This document shows, in pieces, positions 1-11,900 of a stretch of 64,000 nucleotides of DNA; positions within the stretch are counted from its first letter, which is position 1, and each line of letters opens with the position of its first letter. Where the stretch lies: positions 38,440,001 to 38,504,000 of the forward strand of contig NC_043010.1 in assembly GCF_006345805.1 (NCBI RefSeq), written 5' to 3'. The notes beneath the pieces are model-generated. The model had not been told where the DNA came from and searched no databases. It saw only the letters and a program-made list of their open reading frames with translations. Both the position numbers and the translations under genes were made by a program. The DNA comes from Octopus sinensis (taxonomy: Eukaryota).

Positions 1-59
1 GACAGGTGGTGTAGAAAACAAACAGATGTATTAGTATAACGCTCGGGAATTGTAAAAGT

Positions 60-95
60 CTTTAACGTTTCGAGCCTACGCTCTTCCACAGAAAG
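60..95 (-). ncRNA. Minimal type I hammerhead-like motif (Penelope type), core variant CUGUGGA
   Basis: Minus strand reads CUUU CUGUGGA A GAGC GUAG GCUC GAAA CG UU AAAG: stem I CUUU/AAAG, stem II GAGC/GCUC, palindromic AACGUU stem III; A6 replaced by U. Confidence 0.6.
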
Positions 96-124
96 GAACA
101 CAGAAAGAAGCAAGGAGAGAAACA

Positions 125-126
<2 letters not shown>

Positions 127-167
<41 letters not shown>

Positions 168-533
168 GTGTGTGTGTGTACACACCCAAAATATGGGGGT
201 TTAGTTCACATGTGATCTAAACGATTAGGTACGCTAGGTAAGTGCTGTAGCGGGTTACTGGGGCTTCAAGGATATAGCCGAGACGGTAGTTATGGACCCA
301 TTACAGATTTCCGATGCAGCACATCTTTTTTCCAATTTTTTCCAGTAATGACACTGTATACGACTTGAGATGTTTGCCTCGCCGTAATGTTTGTTGTCCT
401 CTTTGACAATTATGTGTGTGTGTCTGTGTGTGTGTGTATGCATGTGTGTGTATGTGTGTGTGTGTAACATGTGGTATACTTATAAATTACAAAAAGGGCA
501 AATTTTAGCTATTTCTCCGCATATATATATATA

Positions 534-584
<51 letters not shown>

Positions 585-703
585 GTATTTATGTGCATAC
601 GTGTAATATATATATATATATTGAGAATATATATATATATATTTATGAGAAAAATATATATGTATACACGCATATACATATATATATACATACATACATA
701 CAT

Positions 704-780
<77 letters not shown>

Positions 781-1062
781 TTGTATGTATGTATATATAA
801 TATATATATATATCATATATATATATATGTGTGTTGTGTGTGTGTGTGTTTGTATGTATGTATATATAAATATATATATATATGGTGTGTATGCACTGCG
901 TGTGTGTGTGTGTATGTGTGTGTGTCTATGTGTACAGATGATTATGCAAACGAAAGGAAAACACACTCACAACATATTGTGGAAGTTAAACGTGATTATT
1001 GAAGGGTTGACTCAACCCAGAAGTACTTGATGAATCATAGACAGAAAACTACGTCCAGCTCA

Positions 1063-1103
<41 letters not shown>

Positions 1104-1215
1104 TGTGTGTGTGTGTGTGTATATACATACACATATAATGCGCAATTATATGTGTGTGTATACGCACATATATAATACACAATTACGTACGCATGTGTGT
1201 GTGTATGTGTGCGTA
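127..1215. repeat. Compound (TG)n/(TA)n/(CA)n microsatellite field
   Basis: Visible dinucleotide and tetranucleotide runs; these generate all the [12 protein letters not shown] ORFs. Confidence 0.95.
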
Positions 1216-1545
1216 GTTCCAAGATACATCTTATGGAATCTCTGAGATGCATCATCAGTGACTTTTCTGGGGTCTTCAAGGGTTTCTGGTCTTTCAACAT
1301 CAGATCTCCTCGTCCAGATGACCCAACCAGATATGACCAAGTCCTACCTTGCATCCTTGTAGCCACAACTTATTGGCCTGCAGTCTTTATCCAAAGCCAT
1401 CTGGTAGCCTTCACTGCAGTTTCGACGGTGGAATGTATGGCCCTCCATTCAACTACACCTTTGAACTCTAAGCTCAGTCAAAGCTTTGCAGAGAGGACAC
1501 CATATAAGAACTCGGCAGCCTGCTTCGGTTGCAAGATTTCATATC
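1215..1545 (-). mobile_element. 3' end of an RLE-type non-LTR retrotransposon, HERO-like, frameshifted
   Basis: Minus-strand frames give EAGCR (1512-1526; cf. EVGCRG) and AIHSTVETAVKATRWLWIK*, followed by a 3' UTR with ctgatgttgaaagacc...gaaaccc...gtcactgatgatg, matching my recollection of HERO 3' UTRs. Confidence 0.55.
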
Positions 1546-2151
1546 GTCATCGAAGACTTCCAAGGGAATTGAAATGCTTAATATCACAAGACAAAAACTC
1601 GTGTGGTGTATTGGTCGTCGTCTTCTTCTTCTTCTCTTCTTCTTCTTCTTCTTCTTCTTCTTCTTCTTCTTCTTCTTCTTCGTCTTCTACCTTCTTATCA
1701 TAAAATACCCGTTAAGTCTTGGAATTGATGGTAAAAACTATCCGCCTCCCCCCCGCCCACTCAAAATTATTGGTCTTATTCCTGGATAAGAAACCGTTAT
1801 TGAAAATAAGCGGTGAGCTGACAGAATCGTTAGTGCATCAGAAAAAAATGCTTTGCTGCAGATGTTTCTACTCTTTGCATTCTGAGTTCAAATCCCGCCG
1901 AGGTCACTTTGTCCTTTCATCTTTTCTAGGTAGATAAATAAAGTATCACTCAAGTATTGGAACCGCTGTAATCGAACCTATACGAACCTTCTTCTTTCTT
2001 CTTCTTCTTCTTCTTCCACCTCCTCCTCCCCGCCTACTCCTCTTCATCTTTTTGTTCTCTTTCTTCTGCGTCTTTCTTCTACTTCTTCCTTCCGTTATTT
2101 TCTTCGATCGTTCGATAGATGGGCAGAATTCTCAATGTAACTGACAGAGTA

Positions 2152-2185
<34 letters not shown>

Positions 2186-2216
2186 GCGCGCGCGCACGCA
2201 CACACACACGCACGCA

Positions 2217-2247
<31 letters not shown>

Positions 2248-2691
2248 CACACACACACACACACACACTTATAGCCTTAGCGTAATCCTCAAGAAGAATC
2301 AGTGTGATTCAATGAGTCTGACAAAATATAGTTTCTTTGATTCACAATTTCAGTCCATCGTCCGAATTTCTTGTACTGTCTCCGACTTCAGCCCAATTTC
2401 ATTCACAATATTTGAACCGGCCTGGGATTTTGGAGGGAAGCGTAGCTCAGTGGGAACACATTCAAGACGTCATAACTTGGTGGTGAACTTATTTAACCAT
2501 TTGACCATACCTGCACCCAGCTGACGTAGTTCTTCTCAAGGAGGAGTGCTGAAAAGGGTAAGCAAATAAAGCGTCGTGTTTAATAAACAATTAAAATGAA
2601 TTTCAAAACTTTTTTAACTTGTTCAACACCTTAGCGAGGAGAGAAGAACTTTGTGGATGCAAACATTATTTTGGTTTTCCATTATTAAAGA

Positions 2692-3105
2692 GGCGGAAAG
2701 GCAGCGAGCTGGCAGAAACGTTAGCACGCCGGGAAAAAATGCTTAGTGGTATTTCGTCTGCCGCTACGATCTGAGTTCAAATTCCAACGAGGTCGACTTT
2801 GCCTTTCATCCTTTCGGGGTCGATAAATTAAGTACCAGTTACGCACTGGGGTCGATGTAATCGACTTAATCCATATGTCTGTCCTTGTTTGTCCCCCTCT
2901 TTGTTTAGCCCCTTGTGGGCAGTAAATAAATAGGTATTTTGCCCGTCACTACGTTCTAAGTTCAAATTCTGCCGAGGTCGACTTTGCCTTTCATCCTTTC
3001 GGAGTCGATAAGATAACTACCAGTTGGGTACTGGGGTCGATGTAATCGACTGGCCCCCTTCCTCGCCCCTCCCCACCAAAAAAATTTCAGGCCTTCTGCT
3101 TACGG
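2692..3105 (+). mobile_element. tRNA-derived SINE family A (GGCGAGCTGGCAGAA head; GAGTTCAAAT B-box; GGTCGACTTTGCCTTTCATCCTTTCGGGGTCGATAAA body) plus a tandem partial copy
   Basis: More than 25 related copies on both strands, e.g. 5540-5910, 25450-25810, 27712-27905, 29746-30081, 32641-32857, 33368-33582, 34007-34226. Confidence 0.9.
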
Positions 3106-3598
3106 AAGAAGGGATTATTAAAGAGGTGGAAAGTAGTGATATGGTAAAATCGTTAGGACATTGGAACAAAGAAAAGCTTTGTGGTATTTTGCTTGATTCT
3201 TTACATTCTGAGTTCAAACTGTCGAGTCACCTTTACCTTTTATCCTTTCGGATTCTTTCAACTAAAGTACTCGTTTATGTACTGGAGTCGACGTAAACGA
3301 TCAACCGCATAACCTCAAATCTGCTGACCTTGTTAGAAACCGTTATCAAAGAGAAAGAAGGCATCGAGTAAGCAGAATCGTGACAGCATCAGGAAAAAGT
3401 GCTTTGCAGTATTTTTGGCGGGGAATTTTTACATTCTAAGTTCAGATCCCGTCGAGGTCCACTTCATCTTTCACCCTTTCAGCAGCATCGATAAAATGTA
3501 GGACCAGTCAACTCTATCGACTAATCCCTTCCCTTTCAAAATTACTGGCCTTCTGCTTAAATCAGAAATCATTACTGGAAGAAGCGAGTAAAAGATTT

Positions 3599-3887
3599 CG
3601 TTTTTGGAATTGGTTTGCAAGATTCTTTGTGTCTGGGGAGAGTCATTTTCTTTTTGTGCCTTATAATTTAACACACTCACCGGTAAAATTTTCACTTATT
3701 TCTTATTTTTATTTTCCTAAAATTTTCGTTACGTCTTGCAACCTTTTCAAGAGTCAAGACTACAGAAAAGGTTGCAAGACGCAACGAAAATTTTAGGAAA
3801 ATAAAAATAAGAAATAAGTGGAAATTTTACCGGTGAGTGTGTTAAATTATAAGGCACAAAAAGAAAATGACTCTCCCCAGACACAAC
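3599..3887. mobile_element. Fold-back retroelement fragment with a 14-bp TSD
   Basis: 121-bp inverted arms 3628-3748 and 3765-3885 around a 16-nt loop; direct repeat CGAGTAAAAGATTT at 3585-3598 and 3888-3901; related copy at 25045-25274. Confidence 0.8.
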
Positions 3888-4358
3888 CGAGTAAAAGATT
3901 TTTCACACGTATTTTCCTGACGTGATGGTCGTACTGAACGTGATCGTGGTGGTGGGTGGTGTGGGTATTTCTCAGTTTATGAAGCGCTGAATTAACGTAC
4001 AGCACCACACACACATACACACACACACACACTCACTCTCTCTCTCTCTCTCTCTCTTTCTCTTTTTCTTTCTCTCTCTTTCCTTCTCTCTCTCTCTCTC
4101 ACATACACGCGCGCGCTCGCGTATACACAAGTGTTTGCGAAATGGCGGATGAGAACCAATTTGTCCAGATATCATGGCTTTTTGTCCGAGCTGGAGTGGT
4201 ATGGAACAAACTAACAAACAAGAGAAACTAACAAACCAATGAACGAACAAATGAACGAACGAACGCAATGCTATAAAAGTTGACACGCCATATGTACTTG
4301 AAGGACTCGTGTAGCATCTAAGGAGATGTTTGAGACGAGGTGTACTCACTCAACGTCA

Positions 4359-4806
4359 TTGGCACAAACAAGAGAGAACTGACTTGCTTTCTGAGTCGTT
4401 TGGTTAGTTGGTCAACAAAAACTGGAGAAAAAAAATACAAGAAAAAGTTATTTCTCATACACGAATTTCAATGAGAAGTAAAGCCAACGACATTTTAAGA
4501 TAGCTTTCTCCATTTCTTTATTCTAACAATGTCGTTTTTCTGCGATAGTCATTGTTTTTCGTTTTCCTCCTATCTCCTATCCTTGGCACAAACAAGAGAA
4601 AACTGACTTGCTTCCTGAGTCGTTTGGTTAGTTGGTCAACAAAAACTGGGGAAAAAAAAACAAGAAAAAGTTATTTCTCATACACGAATTTCAATGAGAA
4701 GTAAAGCCAACGACATTTTAAGATGGCTTTCTCCATTTCTTTATTCTAACAATATCGTTTTTCTGCGATAGTCATTGTTTTTCGTTTTCCTCCTATCTCC
4801 TATCCC
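4359..4806 (+). repeat. Tandem duplication of a 224-bp non-repetitive unit
   Basis: ttggcacaaacaagag...cctatctcctatcc occurs at 4359 and 4583 with only a few substitutions. Confidence 0.9.
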
Positions 4807-6219
4807 TTGGGCTTTTATCGTCGCTGTTGCTATTGTAGTCAATTTTGTTCTTCTTACATTTTCTTCGTGTTAGTTATTGTATGCATTCTTCTTATATGAT
4901 CTGATATTGTTTGTTATATGTGGTTATAATCTCTTTTACTCTTTTCCCCCTTTTTTTTCACTTGTTTCAGTCATTAGACTGTGGCCATGCTGGAGCACCG
5001 CTTTTAGTCGAGCACATCGACCCCACGACTTATTCTTTGTAAGCCTAGTACTTATTTTATCGGCCTCTTTTGCCGAACCACTAAGTTACGGAGACGTAAA
5101 CACACCAGCATCGGTTGTCAGGCGATGTTGGGAGGACAAACACAGACACACAAATGTATACACATACATACATACATACATACATACATACATACTATAC
5201 ATACATACATACATACATACATACATACATACATACATACATACATACGTATATATATATATAAGCCTGTCTACCAAATCCACTCACAAGGCTTTGGTCG
5301 ACCCGAGGCTATAGTAGAAGACACTTGCCCAAGGCGCCACGCAGTGGGACTGAACCCGGAACCATGTGGTTCGTAAGCAAGCTTCTTAACACACAGTCAC
5401 TCCTACACCTGATTTTGTTTTGTTTTGTTGGGTTTTTTTTGTTTTTTTTGTGAGGTGGGGTGGATTATTAATGTTCTTTATGATGTTTTGTTGTTATTGT
5501 TCCTATCAGTACTGTGGCTGCTTGTCATTATGACAATAATTCGTTAGCATGCTGGGCAAAATGCTTAGCGGTATTTCGTCTGCCGCTACGTTCTGAGTTC
5601 AAATTCCGCCGAGGTCGACTTTGCCTTTCATCCTTTCGGGGTCGATTAAATAAGTACCAGTTACGCACTGGAGTCGATACAATTGACTTAATCCCTGTGT
5701 CTGTCCTCATTTGTCCCCTCTATGTTTAGCCCCTTGTGGGTAATAAAAAATATGTATTTCGTTCGTTTTTACGTTCCAAGTTCAAATTCCAATGAGGTCG
5801 AGTTTGTATCTCATCCTTTCGGGGTCAACAAAATAAAACGCAAGTCAAGTACTGGGGTCGATGCAATCGACTGGCCCTTCCTCCAAATTTTTCTCTTGTG
5901 CCCACATTAAAAACTATCATTATCAGTAATCTAGCAAACCAGTTAACCAAATGGTTAGTTGATTGTTTGAGTAATCGCTCGACCAATCAATCAACTGGTT
6001 TCTGAAAGTTTGTTCATCGCCATTTGCATCCAAGTCAATGACTCACCCTCGTTCTTCTAGTCTATCTAGAGAGACAAGACAAGGAAAGAGAGAAAAAAAG
6101 AGAGAAGAGACAGAGAGATAGACAGGGATAGAGACAGTCAGTCAGAAGACAAAGAGACAGAGATGGAAAGAAACAGAGAGAGAAAAGGAGTGAGCCAGAT
6201 ATACAAAAAGAGAGAGAGG

Positions 6220-6257
<38 letters not shown>

Positions 6258-6268
6258 AAAGAAAGAAA

Positions 6269-6325
<57 letters not shown>

Positions 6326-6428
6326 AGAAAGAGGAAGGACGGAAGAACGAAAGGAAGAAAGGAAGAACGAAAGGAAGAAAGAAAGAACGAAAGAAAGAAA
6401 GAACGAAAGGAAGGAAGGAAGGCACGAA

Positions 6429-6478
<50 letters not shown>

Positions 6479-6633
6479 AGGCGCCAGAGAGACGGACAAA
6501 CAGAGATAGAAAACCAGACAGAGAGAAAGATGGAGATAATAAGATCGGAAGTGTACATGGGATATGTGTTTTATACGTGTGTTCACGTATCATTTTATGA
6601 TTGCGTATGTTTACATGATGAGCATCTTCATGC

Positions 6634-6703
<70 letters not shown>

Positions 6704-8017
6704 GTATGTGTACGTATGTGTGTGTGTGTGAACGACAAACTAGTAACCTGGTGCTGTTTCTTTGTTTCTTTCTCTCTCTCTTTGTCTATCTGGCTCATTC
6801 CTTTTTCTCTCTGTTTCTCTCCATCTCTGTCTCTTTGTCTTCTGACTGTCTCTATCTCTGTCTGTCTGTCTCTCTCTCTCTCTTCCCTTTTTTCTATCAG
6901 TAAGAAATACAATTACATACGAAATCTAAGGAAGATAAATACGAGACTAGGTAAGTAAAGTTTTCTCCCTTGAGAAATAAGGGAGATAAATCTTACCTTT
7001 TTTAAAAATTTATTTTAATAAATTTGGAGGAAGAGCTTTGGCTAGATTTCTATTGCAATGCTACTAACTATATATTTATATTCAGCGACTGTGACCCGTT
7101 CTTATAGACTTGTTGGCAGAGAAAGAAAAATTATTTTCAGACGGGAAAATCTAGATTGGATCCTAACAACGAAATGTGTTCCGCTTGAGTTAACTAAGGG
7201 CCTTGTGGTGGAGTGTAATTTAGAGCTCACACATGACAATAGAGCATACACATAGTCGCTCGAATTGCTAGAAATATCAATTACATTTCCCTTAAGGCAC
7301 ACTCTATTGTTTTAATAAGAAAATATTCGATGGATAACGTTGTTCTATATCTTTATGAATAGATATGTAGCGGACGAAATGTTGAAAGATCTGTGTAGCC
7401 TCGATAAAAATAGTCAAAAGGACGGGGTCTTTTCTGTTTGGTTGGCAGAGTCAATTTTCTGTTCAAACTGATTTCATATTCAGTGTAATGATACACTATT
7501 ATAGGCTAATTAATGACGTGAAAGTAATTTTCGCTATAAATCAATAAATAAAGCGTTTGTAAAAACTAACACTGCTTTCCTCCAAGCTTAGATTCGACAC
7601 CGAATCTAAGGATTCTCGTTCGTCTGAACCATCATGGACCGACAGGCACAAAGAAATTTTCTTTGTCCTGTCAAACGAAATGATAAATCATCTCCCTTTG
7701 ACCTACGACCTCAGCCATATCAGCCAAAGTTCAAATGGACAGGAGCTGACCTCTTTAGACACAATCTCTCCTGCAGTATGTGTGTCCTTCTAGCTGCCAC
7801 GGTTGTTATAAATACCGTGGTCAGAAAAGGAACAGGCAGAAAGACAGAGGATGGAGAAAGGCTCTGGACGAAGAGACAACTCACGAGATCGCCGACTACT
7901 TTCTCAGATGAACGATGCAGACACAGACCCAAAACATATTCAGTTCTAGCACATCACCTCCACAGATGTACCTTGCTTTTTTTGCTCTCAATTCATAGCA
8001 GTTGACGACAAATACAT

Positions 8018-8448
8018 GGAATTTTTTTGGTTTGACCGGCAGTTTTTTAAAATAATTTCCACGTAACTAAACACTTTTAAACTTCGTATACTGGTAGAAT
8101 GTGTTTATAAAACATCTTTTTCTCTTGGCTTTATTGAGAAAATTCTATAGTTTGTAAGATATTTGTTGTTTTTTTTTCTTCAATTTCTGCAATTTCAACC
8201 AATCAATGACGTCTATTGAGGTGAAAACATTCTGTGCTGTATGAATATGTCCCTCGTTTAAGAAACAGATTGGGTTTATTTACATTTGTGAAGAAAAAAA
8301 GATACCTTTCCCCCCACCCCCAACCCTAACTCTAACCCTAACCCTAAAACAGATTGAAATGCAATAGATCGATACTAGGGTCATAATTATGGGTGACAAT
8401 TTCATATGACACCGCTAGAAAAAACTGCCGTTCAAACCGAAAAGATCC
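8018..8448 (+). mobile_element. Non-autonomous TIR element (MITE-like) with internal (CCCTAA)n-like repeats
   Basis: TIR GGATCTTTTCGGTTTGAACGGCAGTTTTTT at both ends; full copy in the opposite orientation at 32128-32543; partial copy at 27126-27328. Confidence 0.85.
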
Positions 8449-8717
8449 CAGTAAATAGATTATTTAAACTATAAATCTATGTCATTCAGTTATTTACTTC
8501 GAAGGCATCCACATACCTATCACATCTGTTTACCTCAACACATTTTGATACACCTTTAACCACTACAAATTATTTGTAATTAAAGTTTCAAAATTTTGGT
8601 AATTTTAGCCAATCGTAAGCCACAGACATATTCATGTCTGTTTGATAATAACATGAATACTGATATCGAGTAATGAGATCCTTTCCTCTTCCATATTCTA
8701 GCGAGGCCTTAATCCAA

Positions 8718-8794
8718 CAGGTTTTGGGATCTGATGATTTGCCATAAAGCTTTGCACTTTGTGGAGGTGAAACCTAGGGTAATCCCATAAACTG
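8718..8794 (+). ncRNA. Type I hammerhead ribozyme motif with an intact catalytic core
   Basis: CAGGUUUUGGGAU CUGAUGA UUUG CCAUAAAG CUUUGCA CUUUGUGG AGGU GAAA CCUAGG GUA / AUCCCAUAAACUG: 13-nt stem I with 2 mismatches, 8-bp stem II, short stem III, GUA cleavage triplet (cut predicted after 8781). Confidence 0.8.
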
Positions 8795-8809
8795 GCCTTA
8801 TCTAAATTC

Positions 8810-8858
<49 letters not shown>

Positions 8859-9309
8859 GACACACACACTTATAATAATGTTATTGCTAATGTTCATAAT
8901 AATTATATCTATCTATTATTGCTTGTTTCAGTCAATGGAATGCGGCCATGATGGAGCACCGCCGTGAAGTGCTTATTTACTCTGTCGGTGTCTTTTGCCG
9001 AACTGCTAATATTACGGGGATGTAAACAAACAAACAACCAGTTGTCAAGCGCTGGAGGAAGGGACAAACACAAATACACACACACACACACACACATATA
9101 TATACACTACGGGTTTCTTTCAGTTTGTCTCTCAAATCCACTTTGAAGACTTTGGTCAACGCATGGCTATAGTAGAAGACACTTGCCCAAGGTGTCACAC
9201 ATTGGGACTGAAACCAAGACCACATTGGTGAGAATCATGCTCCTCAATCATCAGCCTATAATAAATACATAATTTTATTAATATAATAAATTATATTAAT
9301 ATAAATATA

Positions 9310-9359
<50 letters not shown>

Positions 9360-11410
9360 ATATATAAATATATTAATATAAATTATATTAATATAATATA
9401 ATAAATACATGATAATTTTATTAATATTTATAACGTGTGTGTCTGTCTGTATGCATGCGTGTGTGTAAATGCGACACTAAAAATCAATGAAATATTGTAA
9501 ACTATAATTCACAGAAAACTGAATAAAACAGAAAATGTTAAACGTTTCCAATAATCCCTTTTTGTTTTTGTTTTTTTTATGTTATGATAATGACGTTAAT
9601 GATGTCTTAATTAGCTCCGTTTAGGATGTTTGTTAAGTTTAGTAATTAAAAACAAAATGAAACTCAATCCGTAAATAACAATAAATTGACAAAGTCAGTA
9701 AATCGTTGCTCTTCCTGCTAAAAATAGCAGCCAAATGTCTCTCAAAATATACCATGATATCTCAAAAGGGACAAGATAGGTTGGAACGTATGGTTCTAGA
9801 CACTTTGGGATCTTCTCTGTATGGCTGCTAGCGTTAATCAGCGTCAGTTCTGTTCGAATTAATTTCATATTCAGTGTAATGATACATTTTTATACGGTAA
9901 TGAATGCCATTTTTGCTACAAATCAATAAATAAAAAGTTATTAGCTTTTAATAACTCTGTCTGAATGAAAAAAAAAAAATGAACAAAATCCATTTCATTA
10001 TGCTTAAGCGGAGATAAACTGGTACAATGCCTAGTACAAAGAAGTATGTGATTAATGATTTAGCCATTTATTTATTCATTAACCTACCATGTTTGCCTTT
10101 AAGCTTTCACCCCTTATTTCACACTTCAAAATCAGCTTTAGAATATCTACAGTGGGGCAATAAAGCAAACGATTTGTTTTGATACTCTGCTTCAGTATCA
10201 GAGAGCAAAGCCATCAGAATTTATCTTTCTATTAAATTCGACCTTGTTCTAGTTTAGATAAAGAGTTTGTCCCAATCTTAAATGTGTATTTTTCATGTAC
10301 TTTTAATTATCTGGTTACATATAGAAAGGTAAATGTGTGTAGATATATTTGCAAGCATGGCTGTGTGGTAAAAGTTTTTCTTCCCAAACATGGATCTGGG
10401 TTCAGTCCCATTACACAGCACCTTGGTCGAGTGTCTGCTATAGCCCTGGGATGACCAAAGCTTTGGATTTGGTTGATGGAAACTGAAAGAAGCCTGTCAT
10501 GTATGTATTGTGTGTATGTGTGCGTCTGTGTGGGTATGTATATATCTATGTACGTGCATGTTTGTGTTTGTCCTCCCCCCACTCACCCACTGCTTTCCAC
10601 ATCACCTAGATATTTTCAAATAGCATTTTCATGTCTACTAGAGAGAATATGTTAATAATGTCAACTTAACTAAATGGGAGGGGGGGGTCATTTCACTCAT
10701 CACATCAAGTTAAACCTAATCATTAAATTTTATATCTGTGGCAGAATGAGTTTAGAAAATAATGCATATCTTATAAAAGCCTACTATAATTTAGAGAGTA
10801 GCAGAGGAAAAATGGGGGGGATGTTTCAAGATAAAGGAGGGATGATGCTGTTCTTTTACTCTTTTATTCTTTTACTTGTTTCAATCATTTGACTGTGGCC
10901 ATGCTGGAGCACCGCCTTTAGTCGAGCACATCGACCCCAGGACTTATTCTTCGTAAGCCTAGTACTTATCATATCAGTCTCTTTTGCCAAACCGCTAAGT
11001 TACGGGGATGTAAACACACCAGCATCTGTTGTCAAGCAATGTTGGGAGGACAAACACAGACACACAAATGTATACACACACACACATATATATATATATA
11101 TACATACATTCGACGGGCTTCTTTCAGTTTCCGTCTGAACCCAGAACCATGTAGTTCATAAGAAAGCTACTTACCACACAGCCACAAGATTTTATGCAGC
11201 ATGAGGTCTTTGACCATTTAGAATTAAATCCATAGTGAGTTGTCAACCATATTCTAGTTGATGGTGATAAATCAATGAATGTCAGACAATCTCCCAGACC
11301 CTTATTGTAGTGGAACCATATATCTGGCTTTATCTACATAAAAGGATATGTCGCAGAGCTAAGTTTTCAATGCTTTTAACAGTGTGGGCAACTGTATGTC
11401 AACATGCATT

Positions 11411-11575
11411 GGTTGTGTGGTAACTAGCTAGCTTACCAACCACATGGTTCCGGCGTTCAGACCCACGACATGGTACCTTGGACAAGTGTCTTCTGCTATA
11501 GCTTCGGGCCAACCAAAGCCTTGTGAGTGGATTTCGTAGACGGAAACTGAAAGAAGCTCGTCATATATATGTATG

Positions 11576-11665
<90 letters not shown>

Positions 11666-11900
11666 GTATTATGTGTGTGTATATGTTTGTGTGCCTGTGT
11701 TTGACCCCCACCACCACCATCGACAACTGATGCTGGTATGTTTACATCCCTGTAACTTAGCGGTTCGGCAAAAAGAGACCGATAGAATAAGTACTAGGCT
11801 TACAAAGAATAAGTCCTGGGGGGTCAATTTGCTCAACTAAAGACGCTGCTCCAGCATGGCCACAGTCAAATGATTGAAACAAGTAAAAGAGAATAAAAGA
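11411..11900 (+). mobile_element. CORE-type tRNA SINE family B with an internal (TA/TG)n microsatellite
   Basis: TGGCTGTGTGG A-box, GGTTCAGTCC B-box, GGCACCTTGGGCAAGTGTCTTCT CORE-like block, GAAACAAGTAAAAGAG tail. Other copies at ~4960-5410(-), 8915-9255(-), 10885-11185(-), 15115-15500(-), 45826-46213(-), 61555-62121(+). Confidence 0.88.

Noticed and set aside
255-1245. Many overlapping ORFs rich in [12 protein letters not shown] (also near 5100, 6100-6900, 11500, 27400)
   Set aside because: They are translations of dinucleotide and tetranucleotide microsatellites, with no splice or homology support.
7634-8005. 123-aa ORF in non-repetitive sequence
   Set aside because: No recognisable motif or splice context in any frame; possibly a decayed retroelement, but I cannot support a call.
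8322-8346. Telomeric repeats suggesting a chromosome end or fusion
   Set aside because: Only a few degenerate units, internal to a multi-copy TIR element.
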